DNA of 64,000 nucleotides from a bacterium (GTDB lineage Bacteria; Bacillota_I; Bacilli_A; RF39; UBA660): NCBI GenBank assembly GCA_963641945.1, contig CAVIDW010000001.1, positions 31,136 to 95,135 of the forward strand, read 5' to 3'. Shown piece by piece: positions 10,766 to 19,616 of this stretch (position 1 is its first letter; each line of letters starts with the position of its first letter). The notes under the pieces were generated by a model. It saw only the letters and a program-made list of their open reading frames with translations, ran no database searches and was not told where the DNA came from. The position numbers and the translations under genes were made by a program.

Positions 10766-11679
10766 TAGTTCTTCTTACCTTTCTTAATAATAATATTTTG
10801 TGCAACTGTGAATCCATTAGATACTATCCAATATAATGCAATTGACATTGGCAAAGTAAATGATGCAATTGATATAAATATTAACATAAAGTAACTCATC
10901 ATTTTCATTTGTTTAGCTTGTTCTTCATCTCCTGAAACATTCATATTCTTAAATGATAAATATGTTGCAACAATTATTAATACTATTACTATTACATACC
11001 AGAAGTTTCCAGATGTTATACCTTCTAATGGAGTTGTTCCTAAGTTATAAACTTTTAAGAAATTATTTTCAAAGAATGCAGGTACTCTATATAATGCTTC
11101 TAAGAATGCAAAGAATATAGGTAATTGTAAGAATGAGAATAAGCAACTAGACATTGGATTTATATTATATTTTTTATAAATCAACATCATTTCTTGTGAT
11201 TTCATCATTAAGGCATCTCTGTCTTCTTTTCCTTGATATTTCTTTTCTAATCTTTGTAAATCTTTTTGAGCTTTTTGCATATTTTCATTCATATTAGCTG
11301 ATTTTAATGATAATGGTAATAATGCAGCTCTTAAGATAAATCCTACAATCATGATAGCTAATCCATTATTTTTAACTAGTAATCCTATTTTAACAATTAC
11401 CCAAGCTAATGGTTTAACAAATAATGATGTCCATAATCCTTCATATCCTCCAGAATTTATTTTTAAATTCTTACATTGAGGTAAATTTTCATATTTAACA
11501 ACTAATTTATCAGAATTTTCACTATATATCTTTTGTAATTCTTTTGTTTCTGGTTTACAAAGTATATTTGATACATATGTTTTTTGACTATTGTCTTCTT
11601 TATTTTCTATTGTAAAACGTTTAGTACATCCACATAAAGAAAATAAAAGTAACATTATTATAACTATTTTTTTCTTCAC
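10765..11679 (-). CDS. yidC: membrane protein insertase YidC/Oxa1 (lipoprotein type)
   Basis: 304 aa. Lipobox LLFSLCGC and multiple TM segments. Synteny rnpA-yidC-jag. Confidence 0.85.
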   Translation of the reverse strand: MKKKIVIIMLLLFSLCGCTKRFTIENKEDNSQKTYVSNILCKPETKELQKIYSENSDKLVVKYENLPQCKNLKINSGGYEGLWTSLFVKPLAWVIVKIGLLVKNNGLAIMIVGFILRAALLPLSLKSANMNENMQKAQKDLQRLEKKYQGKEDRDALMMKSQEMMLIYKKYNINPMSSCLFSFLQLPIFFAFLEALYRVPAFFENNFLKVYNLGTTPLEGITSGNFWYVIVIVLIIVATYLSFKNMNVSGDEEQAKQMKMMSYFMLIFISIASFTLPMSIALYWIVSNGFTVAQNIIIKKGKKN

Positions 11680-11999
11680 TATTTTGCTCCTCCTAATAAG
11701 CTAATTAAACTTTCCTTCATTGAATCATAAGAAATATCTAATATAGCAGTCCTTAATATTATAACATAATCAGTAGAATTATTAAAATTATTTTTACTTA
11801 TAATATCTTTAATTCTTCTTTTATATAAATTTCTTGTGTGAGCTTTTCCTATTTTTTTACTTACGCTAATACAATATCTATTATTTTCTTTATCGTTTTT
11901 AGCATAATATACGACAAAATACTTATTAATTACTTTTTTAGATTTCTTAATAACTTCTTGTATTTCTTCGTTTTTCCTTAATATAAATTTTTTATTCAT
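11679..11999 (-). CDS. rnpA: ribonuclease P protein component
   Basis: 106 aa, basic. Sits directly downstream of rpmH, with a start/stop overlap with yidC. Confidence 0.8.
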   Translation of the reverse strand: MNKKFILRKNEEIQEVIKKSKKVINKYFVVYYAKNDKENNRYCISVSKKIGKAHTRNLYKRRIKDIISKNNFNNSTDYVIILRTAILDISYDSMKESLISLLGGAK

Positions 12000-12056
12000 A
12001 TAAAACCTCGATAAAATTATTATATAAAAAAAATTACTTATTTTAAAGTAATTTAG

Positions 12057-12179
12057 TTATTTTGCTAATTCTTTTCTTCCTTTAGCTCTTCTTGATTTTA
12101 AAACGCTTGTACCTCTTCTAGATAAGAATCCAGATGTTTTTGCTTTTTTTCTATTGTTAGGTTGAAATGTTCTTTTCAT
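12057..12179 (-). CDS. rpmH: 50S ribosomal protein L34
   Basis: [40 protein letters not shown] (40 aa). RBS GAGAGG 5 nt upstream of the ATG at 12179. The longer ORF-track start at 12239 is rejected. Confidence 0.92.
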   Translation of the reverse strand: MKRTFQPNNRKKAKTSGFLSRRGTSVLKSRRAKGRKELAK

Positions 12180-12210
12180 GATAACCTCTCTTTCCTTTCG
12201 ACTGACATAG

Positions 12211-12239
12211 ATTATATAATATGAAATTAAAAATGTCAA
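12211..12239 (-). promoter_or_regulatory. putative sigma-A promoter of rpmH-rnpA-yidC-jag operon
   Basis: On the minus strand: TTGACA, a 17-nt spacer, then TATAAT, about 30 nt upstream of the rpmH RBS. Confidence 0.5.
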
Positions 12240-12364
12240 TAAATTTTACCTCACATGTGTGATTATCAAAAAAATAACTGATTTTATAATGTCAATTTTT
12301 ACAAGTCTCTAATTTTAAAACCTGTTTCATTTTTTAAAGCAGGTTTTATATGACAACTTTGATT

Positions 12365-12787
12365 TTATTTATTTAAAGATAAATATTCTATATCATTAAA
12401 TGGAAAATGAATTTTAGGATAATTCTTCTTATATTTATTAAATAAATTTTTAACTTTTTTAGTTTCTTCTTCTTTATTATTGATAAAACCACCTATATAA
12501 AAATATCCAATATTGAATATGAAATATGGTTCTCCATATTCAAAACTCTCATTTTCACAATCATTAAAATAATGAATTTTTTCAACATAATACTTAATCA
12601 ATACATTTTTGCCTTCAATCTTTTTTAAATCTTTAACATCATCAATTTTTATAAATTTCATTGTATTTGCTTCCATGTATTCTACGTATATAAAATGATA
12701 TAAGTAAACATTTTCTTGATCTTCTTTCAACACATCCTCATATTTTTTTTTATCAATGATAAAATAATTTTTATCTTCAAACTTCAT
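12365..12787 (-). CDS. hypothetical protein (orphan, inserted between rpmH and dnaA)
   Basis: 140 aa ORF with no recognisable motifs. Followed on the minus strand by the hairpin AAAACCTG...CAGGTTTT at 12318-12348. Confidence 0.45.
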   Translation of the reverse strand: MKFEDKNYFIIDKKKYEDVLKEDQENVYLYHFIYVEYMEANTMKFIKIDDVKDLKKIEGKNVLIKYYVEKIHYFNDCENESFEYGEPYFIFNIGYFYIGGFINNKEEETKKVKNLFNKYKKNYPKIHFPFNDIEYLSLNK

Positions 12788-12789
12788 CT

Positions 12790-13008
12790 TTATTCTCCTC
12801 TCATCTTTTTAAAGGCTCTTCCAGAATCTTTTTTTGTTTCTTCACTTATATTTTCACCATGTCCGCCTTCATAATATCTTCCGTCATTTCGAGAATATCC
12901 ACCCCATTGATGTGTATGACTATCTCCATGATCTTCAAATTTATCATACTTTGGATATCCACTATTATTGTCTCTTCTAATCTTTGACTCGTTTGACATA
13001 CTACACAC
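12790..13008 (-). CDS. small hydrophilic Gly/Tyr/His-rich protein, unknown function
   Basis: 72 aa ORF. The likely real start is the internal MSNESK. No TM segment. Confidence 0.35.
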   Translation of the reverse strand: MCSMSNESKIRRDNNSGYPKYDKFEDHGDSHTHQWGGYSRNDGRYYEGGHGENISEETKKDSGRAFKKMRGE

Positions 13009-13014
13009 TCTTTT

Positions 13015-13647
13015 CTAATCAAAATATTGTTGTGTGTATGGAACAAAGTTTCTAGAAGACACATCTACATTCCATCTTTTTAAACAAATTTGCATTTCAT
13101 TATCATATAATATATCGATTTTTTTTGAAAATAGTGTACTTTTTGGACCATTAATTATATGATTTGCACATCTGCAAATATACTCTAATCTATTTTTGAA
13201 TTCGAAAAATAGCCAATTACTACTCGTCTCTAATGATAAATTATATATTTCATTCTTCGCATTATAAGTTTTAATTTTAGGAGAGTAAGTTAAAAAAATA
13301 GCTTCATCAATAATAGAAATAAGCTCGGAAATCATAAGTGTTTTTTTATTATCTTTTTCAGGATCAAACATATAAGAATTAGGATTTAAAAAAATGTTTT
13401 TTGAAGTGTTTTTTCCAATTATATAGTACGTCTTTAAAATATTTTTAACATATGTATTTTTTCTAGAATACAAAATATTGGTTTCAAAAATTATAAACTC
13501 ACTGATTTCCTCGTTTGTATATCCGCAAAACATCATTCTTAACTTTAATTCTTCCAAATATTTTATTTCATTAGTCTTGTAGTATAAACAAAGTAAATCA
13601 GATAGTAACAATCCTTTACTATAATTAAAATCCATACAGACCTCCAA
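13015..13647 (-). CDS. hypothetical protein
   Basis: 210 aa ORF with no recognisable motifs. Composition matches the host. Confidence 0.45.
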   Translation of the reverse strand: MEVCMDFNYSKGLLLSDLLCLYYKTNEIKYLEELKLRMMFCGYTNEEISEFIIFETNILYSRKNTYVKNILKTYYIIGKNTSKNIFLNPNSYMFDPEKDNKKTLMISELISIIDEAIFLTYSPKIKTYNAKNEIYNLSLETSSNWLFFEFKNRLEYICRCANHIINGPKSTLFSKKIDILYDNEMQICLKRWNVDVSSRNFVPYTQQYFD

Positions 13648-13726
13648 TAAATGATTTATTGCTCATTTAGGCTATCACTTAATTTTTAAATTGTCAATAT
13701 TTATTATTATATATTTTGATTTTATA

Positions 13727-14875
13727 CTAGTTATTGTACAATTTATCTAATATATAGTATATATCTTTTAATGAATAACCCATTTTTACTTGTGCAAAAA
13801 ATAAACTTGATAAAACTATTAATGAATTGTTTATGGCATCCTTTGTAGGTGATCCCATATTTTTAATTATTTCTATATTTTTATATCTATCCATAATCAA
13901 TTTATTATATATAGAATAGAAATAGCTATAGTATACTTCACTTCCATCTTTTTTAACAAATGCTTCATAGAACTTGGAATAAGCTATATTAAGATAGTTA
14001 TCATCTCCATATTTTATTTCTGTTCCATCTGATTTAGTTATGAATTCTAATAAATTACCATTTAATTTTATTTGATAATCATTTGAATTAAAAGAACTTA
14101 TATTCATATCAGAATTGTAATTATACATTGAAAATATATCCTCATTATTCATTATTATATTAAGCATAGTTTTGATAAGCTTTAAATTTCTTTTAACATT
14201 TAAATCAATTTCTCTTTTATACAAGTGATGAATATATGATTTTAAGTTTTCTAGTGTTATATCTTCTTCTGTTTGAATAGTTGATAAAAAAGCATATATA
14301 TTTTTTATATAAAAATTCTTAAAATCTATTGGTTTGTATTCACAATAAAATCCAATTAGATTAATTTGTGGTAAAAAAGGAATAACCCTTGAATATATTT
14401 CTTTTTTTAAGTCTTCGTTTTCTGCGAATAAGTTAACTATTCTTTTAGCGTTATTTATTTCTGATACATTTATTTCTAAAATTGAATTTTTATATATTTT
14501 GTTTATTTTTATAGTTGAATTAATTTTATTATCAATGATGAATTTAATTAAAATATTGCTTATTTTCTCAAGATTATCATCAAATACAGGTATGTCCATT
14601 GTTATATCTGGAGTTGGACTATTATATTTGGTAAATTCTAAATTAATTTTATAAAAATAATCGAACTCTTTATATGAAAATCTTGCTTTGCTTTCAGGTA
14701 AAATATTCAAAATATTATCAAAAACCTTTTTAGTTAATGAGAAAATGTCTTTTTTGTATTTTCTTATATCAATATTGTACTTATAACATTCATCAAAAAA
14801 ATAGTTCATATTTTTTTCTTTATAAACTATAAATAATCTTTTTAAAAAATTTTCTAGTGTTTCTTTTTGTTGCAT
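13727..14875 (-). CDS. hypothetical protein
   Basis: 382 aa ORF with no recognisable catalytic motifs. Ends next to the DnaA-box cluster. Confidence 0.5.
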   Translation of the reverse strand: MQQKETLENFLKRLFIVYKEKNMNYFFDECYKYNIDIRKYKKDIFSLTKKVFDNILNILPESKARFSYKEFDYFYKINLEFTKYNSPTPDITMDIPVFDDNLEKISNILIKFIIDNKINSTIKINKIYKNSILEINVSEINNAKRIVNLFAENEDLKKEIYSRVIPFLPQINLIGFYCEYKPIDFKNFYIKNIYAFLSTIQTEEDITLENLKSYIHHLYKREIDLNVKRNLKLIKTMLNIIMNNEDIFSMYNYNSDMNISSFNSNDYQIKLNGNLLEFITKSDGTEIKYGDDNYLNIAYSKFYEAFVKKDGSEVYYSYFYSIYNKLIMDRYKNIEIIKNMGSPTKDAINNSLIVLSSLFFAQVKMGYSLKDIYYILDKLYNN

Positions 14876-14913
14876 ATTCTCTTCTCCAAAAGTATTATAA
14901 CATAAAAATAAAA

Positions 14914-15000
14914 TTATGTTAACTTGTTTTTTATATTTTTATGTTAACTTATCAACATTATTTCAACAAAATTATGTTAACTTATCAACAAGTTGTTAAC
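14914..15000. promoter_or_regulatory. oriC-proximal DnaA-box cluster upstream of dnaA
   Basis: Three direct repeats of TTATGTTAACTT at 14914, 14939 and 14972. Two are extended by the DnaA box TTATCAACA (14949-14957, 14982-14990). TTGTTAACA-type variants follow. Confidence 0.6.
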
Positions 15001-15133
15001 AAGTTAGGATTTTTATGATGTTGAAAATTGTTGGGATTGTTAATAACTAAAATTTTCTCTTATTTTTTACTAAAAAAGTTGTTTACAAATTGTTCTTAAA
15101 TTGTTAATATAAATGTTAATAAATTTTTTTGAT

Positions 15134-15161
15134 TTGACATTAATAAAAGTTGAATTATAAT
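15134..15161 (+). promoter_or_regulatory. putative dnaA sigma-A promoter
   Basis: TTGACA (15134-15139), a 16-nt spacer, TATAAT (15156-15161). RBS AAAGGA at 15181. Confidence 0.5.
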
Positions 15162-15196
15162 TTAATTAGAAACGTTATAGAAAGGACTGATTGTTT

Positions 15197-16591
15197 ATGA
15201 ATTTAGATGAAATTTGGAATAATTTTTTAGTAAAAATCAAGTCTAAAGTATCTTTAATGTCCTTTAACTATATATTTAAGGATCTTAAATTATATTCGTA
15301 TGAAAATAGTAAAGTTATTATAGTTTTACCATCTAATGAGTTATTACTTCAAAATATAACTAAAAACTATCATGATATTATAGAAGAAATAATGAATGAT
15401 ATAACTAATGATACTTGTGAAATTGAATATATATTTGATAAAGATGTTGATAAGCTTCAGAAAAAGCAAGAAGCCAAGAAAATACCGACAATTGAAGAAA
15501 GTGATGCTGAATTAGATAGTATTAAAAATTATAAATACATAAGTAATTTTAATTCTAAATATACTTTTGACACATTTGTTGTTGGTGAGTCAAATAAACT
15601 TGCCTATGGAACTGCATTAGCTGTAGCACAAAATCCAGGAAAACTTTATAATCCTTATTTTATATATGCTAAAAGTGGTCTTGGAAAAACACATTTAATG
15701 CATGCTATTGGTAATTATATAGTTGAACATTCAGATAAAAAGGTACTTTATATTACAGCTGAACAATTTACTAACGATTATAGAGCAATAATAAACGCTA
15801 AAAGTAAATATGATAATAACGTGTCGTATTTAGAAGCTTTTAGAGATAAGTATAGAAATGTGGATGTATTAATGATTGATGATATTCAATTTTTAGAAAA
15901 TGCAACTAAATCTCAAATAGAATTTACTAATACATTTAATACATTATATGATAATGAAAAACAGATAATTATAGCATCTGATACATCAATAAACGATTAT
16001 AAATACTTAGAAGATCGTTTAAAAACTAGATTTAGATGGGGATTAACTGAATCAATAAATCCACCAGAATTAGAATTAAAGAAAAATATAATTAAGAATA
16101 AAATAATGATTAATAACTATGATTTAGATATTAATGAAGAAGTAATTGATTATATAGCTAGTAATTGTGGAAGTGATATTAGAAATCTTGAAGGTGCTGT
16201 TATTAGAATTGTTGCATATAAAGCTGCATTTAATATTCCTGAAGTAACATTATCAATCGCACAGGATGCTTTACAAGAATTTACTGGAAAAGTTGTTTAT
16301 AAAACAAATTCAGTAGGTAAAATCATTGATATAGTAAGTAAATACTACAATTTAGATTCAACTATATTAAAAGGAAAAATGAAGAAAAAGAATATAGCGG
16401 ATGCTAGAAATGTGGCTATTTATCTTAGTACAATGATGACTGAAGAAAGTTTAGAACGTATAGGATTAGAGTTTGGAGGTAGAGATCATTCAACTATAAT
16501 ATATGCTAGAGATAAGATTTCTCAAGAATTGAAAACAAATGCTAAGTTGAAAGAAGAAATAAAAATATTAAAAGAAAAGATTTGTGAATAA
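15197..16591 (+). CDS. dnaA: chromosomal replication initiator protein DnaA
   Basis: Walker A GLGKTHL, AAA+ domain, C-terminal DNA-binding domain IV. ATG at 15197 preferred over the TTG at 15191 because of RBS spacing. Confidence 0.96.
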   Translation: MNLDEIWNNFLVKIKSKVSLMSFNYIFKDLKLYSYENSKVIIVLPSNELLLQNITKNYHDIIEEIMNDITNDTCEIEYIFDKDVDKLQKKQEAKKIPTIEESDAELDSIKNYKYISNFNSKYTFDTFVVGESNKLAYGTALAVAQNPGKLYNPYFIYAKSGLGKTHLMHAIGNYIVEHSDKKVLYITAEQFTNDYRAIINAKSKYDNNVSYLEAFRDKYRNVDVLMIDDIQFLENATKSQIEFTNTFNTLYDNEKQIIIASDTSINDYKYLEDRLKTRFRWGLTESINPPELELKKNIIKNKIMINNYDLDINEEVIDYIASNCGSDIRNLEGAVIRIVAYKAAFNIPEVTLSIAQDALQEFTGKVVYKTNSVGKIIDIVSKYYNLDSTILKGKMKKKNIADARNVAIYLSTMMTEESLERIGLEFGGRDHSTIIYARDKISQELKTNAKLKEEIKILKEKICE

Positions 16592-16730
16592 GTTCTTAAT
16601 TTATTAACAACTTAACAACGATAAAATTTTAAAAAAGTAAGGTTTTATCTTATAATAAATGAGTTATCAACAAAATCAACAGTCTATAATAATATTAATT
16701 AACATAATAATAAGGAGGAAAGAAAAAATT
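16592..16730. promoter_or_regulatory. dnaA-dnaN intergenic part of a bipartite oriC (DnaA box + AT-rich unwinding region)
   Basis: TTATCAACA at 16664-16672. An AT-only stretch (ATAATAATATTAATTAACATAATAATAA) lies just upstream of the dnaN RBS. Confidence 0.5.
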
Positions 16731-17849
16731 ATGAAAATGATAATAGACAAAAATGTTTTATTAAATAGTTTAAATTCTGTTAGTAAAGCATTATCTACAA
16801 GAAATATTATTCCTGTATTGAATGGAATAAAGTTTGAATTAACTAAGGAAGGATTATATTTAACAGCTACTGATAATGATATTACTATTCAATCTTTTAT
16901 AGATAAAAAAGATATAGTAAGTATTGATGAAATAGGAACTACTGTTATATATGGTAAATCACTATTAGAAATCATTAGAAGATTACCAAATGGTAATATA
17001 GCTATAGAAAATTTTGAAAATAATGAGGTATCATTTAAAACTGATAATTCTATATATAGTTTTAACTGTTTTATGGTTGAAGACTTCCCAAATATTAATT
17101 TAGATGAAGCAAAGAATCCTATTACTATATCAAGTATGAAATTTAAAGAAATTATTAACAAAACTTCATTTGCTTGTTCATTACAAGAAAGTAGACCATT
17201 ATTAACTGGTGTTAATATTAAAATTCAAGGCGATATATTTGATTGTACAGCAACTGATTCATATAGATTATCTAAAGTTAGTTATAAATTATATAATATT
17301 TGTGAAGAAAATGTTAACATAGTAATACCTGCTAGAAATATAAATGAACTTGTTAAAACAATAGATGATGATTCTGATATGCAAATTCATGTATTTCCTA
17401 ATAAAGTAATATTTAGATTTGATAATTTAGTATTTCAATCATCTTTATTAAATGGTACTTATCCAAATACAGATAATTCAATTGCTAAAGAATTTAAATA
17501 TATTATTAAAGCTAACTTAAAAGATTTTTATTCAACATTAGATAGAGCTTCTTTATTAACTCAATCTAAAGATAAAAATATTATAGATATGGAAATCAAT
17601 GAAAATTCATTAGTAATTAAAGCATCTAGTTTAGAAATGGGAAAAGTTGAGGAAAAATTAAATGTTGAAAATGAAACAAATAATAGTATTAAGATTTCAT
17701 TTAGTGCTAAATATATGTTAGAAGCATTAAAAATGTTTACTAAAGATGAAATATATATCTTATTAAATGGTGAAATTAATCCTATAATATTAAAAGAAAT
17801 AGAAAACGAAGAATTAATTGAATTAATATTACCTATGAAAACATATTAA
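16731..17849 (+). CDS. dnaN: DNA polymerase III beta sliding clamp
   Basis: 372 aa from the ATG at 16731, preceded by RBS AAGGAGGA. Three-domain clamp length. Synteny after dnaA. Confidence 0.95.
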   Translation: MKMIIDKNVLLNSLNSVSKALSTRNIIPVLNGIKFELTKEGLYLTATDNDITIQSFIDKKDIVSIDEIGTTVIYGKSLLEIIRRLPNGNIAIENFENNEVSFKTDNSIYSFNCFMVEDFPNINLDEAKNPITISSMKFKEIINKTSFACSLQESRPLLTGVNIKIQGDIFDCTATDSYRLSKVSYKLYNICEENVNIVIPARNINELVKTIDDDSDMQIHVFPNKVIFRFDNLVFQSSLLNGTYPNTDNSIAKEFKYIIKANLKDFYSTLDRASLLTQSKDKNIIDMEINENSLVIKASSLEMGKVEEKLNVENETNNSIKISFSAKYMLEALKMFTKDEIYILLNGEINPIILKEIENEELIELILPMKTY

Positions 17850-17853
17850 AATT

Positions 17854-17880
17854 AAGCGATTTTTATCGCTTTTTTATTTT
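17854..17880 (+). terminator. rho-independent terminator after dnaN
   Basis: Stem AAGCGAT/ATCGCTT, loop TTTT, then a T-run. Confidence 0.6.
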
Positions 17881-17889
17881 TTTATTTTT

Positions 17890-17917
17890 TTCGACAATAT
17901 TCGACAAATTTCGACAA
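17890..17917 (+). promoter_or_regulatory. three direct TTCGACAA repeats at exact 10-bp phasing (Spo0A-box-like, TGTCGAA on the other strand)
   Basis: TTCGACAA at 17890-17897, 17900-17907 and 17910-17917, about 50-80 nt upstream of the comK-like start. Confidence 0.45.
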
Positions 17918-17968
17918 GGATGATGTGTTATGATAGCAATCAATATTTCAAAGGGGGAAAAGAAAAAA

Positions 17969-18424
17969 ATGGAATATGAAATTAATTATGATACACAAAT
18001 ATTGTTACCAATAGGAAATGAAAAAGCTAAAATAATTGAAGATGATTGTGAATATAGTGTTGATAATTCGTGTCTTCAGGTTTTAGAACATAGTTGTGAG
18101 TATTTTGGTAGTTCATTACAAGGAAGAAAAGATGGAACTAAAAAATTACTAGGTATTACTCATAAAGCTCCAATAATAGTTGAAGAAAGTAGAAAAATAA
18201 TATTTTTCCCAACAACTTCGCCAGAAAAAGCAGAATGTATTTGGATAAACTTAGATAAAATTGATAAATACTATAAGAAGACAAATAAAACGTCAGAAAT
18301 TCTATTTAAGAATGGTGATAAGGTAGAATTTGATGTATCAATTGGATCTTTAACTAATCAAATTTTAAGAGCAACAAGATTAAAATTTATTTTAGAAGAA
18401 AGAATTAATAAAAAAGATAATTAA
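17969..18424 (+). CDS. comK: ComK-family competence transcription factor homolog
   Basis: About 151 aa from the internal ATG; RBS AAGGGGGA is 10 nt upstream. Matches B. subtilis ComK along its length (SC.YFGSS..GRK.GT, ITHKAPI.V, IFFPT.S, C.WI). Confidence 0.8.
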   Translation: MEYEINYDTQILLPIGNEKAKIIEDDCEYSVDNSCLQVLEHSCEYFGSSLQGRKDGTKKLLGITHKAPIIVEESRKIIFFPTTSPEKAECIWINLDKIDKYYKKTNKTSEILFKNGDKVEFDVSIGSLTNQILRATRLKFILEERINKKDN

Positions 18425-18533
18425 AATGAAAATTATCTTTTTTTAAATGGCTAAATATGTTATAATTATATTAGCGTGTAGGAGTACCTAAAAATATTAA
18501 AATTAAAAATAAGGGGGTTAAATGATTTAGAAA

Positions 18534-19616
18534 ATGAATATTATGAAAATTGAATTAATAAATTTTAGAAATTATAAAAAAATAGTTCTTGATAATTTTT
18601 CTAATCTAAATATTCTAATTGGAACAAATGGAATTGGTAAAACCTCTATATTAGAAGCAATATATTTAGGTAGCTTAGCAAAGACTTTTAAAACAAATAA
18701 TGAACTTTCTTTAATAAGAAATAATGAAGAATTTTTAAAGATTAAAATATACTATTTTGACTATGGTCCAAAAAAAAATTTAGAATTATATTTAGATTCA
18801 AAAGGCAAAAAAACAAAGATTAACTCGAAAATACAGAGAAAATTAAGTGATTTTATTTCACAGTATAGAATTATATTATTATCACCTGATGAATTAAAAC
18901 TTATTAAATCTTCTCCAAGTATTAGAAGAAATTATCTAAATATTCAGTTGTCTCAATTGAATAAAGAATATATATATTATTTAAATAATTATAATAACTT
19001 AATTAAAAATAAGAATGATTTTTTAAAGAAGTTAATGTTTAATGGAAATCTTGATCAGAGATATTTAGATATTGTCGATGAAAAGATAGTTGAAGAAGGA
19101 TTAAAAATATATCAATATAGAAAGAAGTATATTGATGAGATTAACTCTTATATAAATGAAATATTTAAAAAATATAAAGATAAAAATGAAATTAAGATTG
19201 AATATGAATCTGATTATAAAATAAATGATAAAGAAAAATTAGTAAAAGAATTAAAGAGATTAAGAAATAAAGAAATTAATATTGGTATGACATCTTTTGG
19301 TGTTCATAGAGATGATTATGTTTTTTATCAGAATGGTAATAATGCTAAGGAATATAGTAGTCAAGGTATTCAAAAGTTGATTGTTTTGGCTATGAAGTTA
19401 TCTGAGGTTAAAATATTCATAGAAAAGTATGATATTAAGCCAATTTTGCTTCTTGATGATCTATTTAGTGAATTGGATGAAAAAAACAAAAATAATATAT
19501 TCAAATCGCTTAATAATGATATTCAAGTGTTTATTACAACAACTGATTTGAAAAATATAAATAGAAATATTGTGTTGAAATCGAAAGTATATAATTTAGA
19601 TGAAAGGGTGAAGTAG
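18534..19616 (+). CDS. recF: DNA replication and repair protein RecF
   Basis: 360 aa. Walker A GTNGIGKTSILEAI. Synteny. Confidence 0.9.
   Translation: MNIMKIELINFRNYKKIVLDNFSNLNILIGTNGIGKTSILEAIYLGSLAKTFKTNNELSLIRNNEEFLKIKIYYFDYGPKKNLELYLDSKGKKTKINSKIQRKLSDFISQYRIILLSPDELKLIKSSPSIRRNYLNIQLSQLNKEYIYYLNNYNNLIKNKNDFLKKLMFNGNLDQRYLDIVDEKIVEEGLKIYQYRKKYIDEINSYINEIFKKYKDKNEIKIEYESDYKINDKEKLVKELKRLRNKEINIGMTSFGVHRDDYVFYQNGNNAKEYSSQGIQKLIVLAMKLSEVKIFIEKYDIKPILLLDDLFSELDEKNKNNIFKSLNNDIQVFITTTDLKNINRNIVLKSKVYNLDERVK

Noticed and set aside
12181-12239. Extended rpmH start at 12239 (60-aa ORF)
   Set aside because: The L34 sequence begins at the internal MKRTFQP with a proper RBS. The upstream 20 codons would run through the promoter.
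12846-13064. 72-aa ORF overlapping the 12790-13008 and 13015-13647 genes
   Set aside because: It lies out of frame across two better-supported ORFs. It spans the junction and has no RBS.
14880-15196. Search for Spo0A boxes or the 18-bp palindrome inside oriC proper
   Set aside because: Neither TGTCGAA nor the CACGTG palindrome occurs in the dnaA-upstream or dnaA-dnaN intergenic regions. Only DnaA-box variants are present there.
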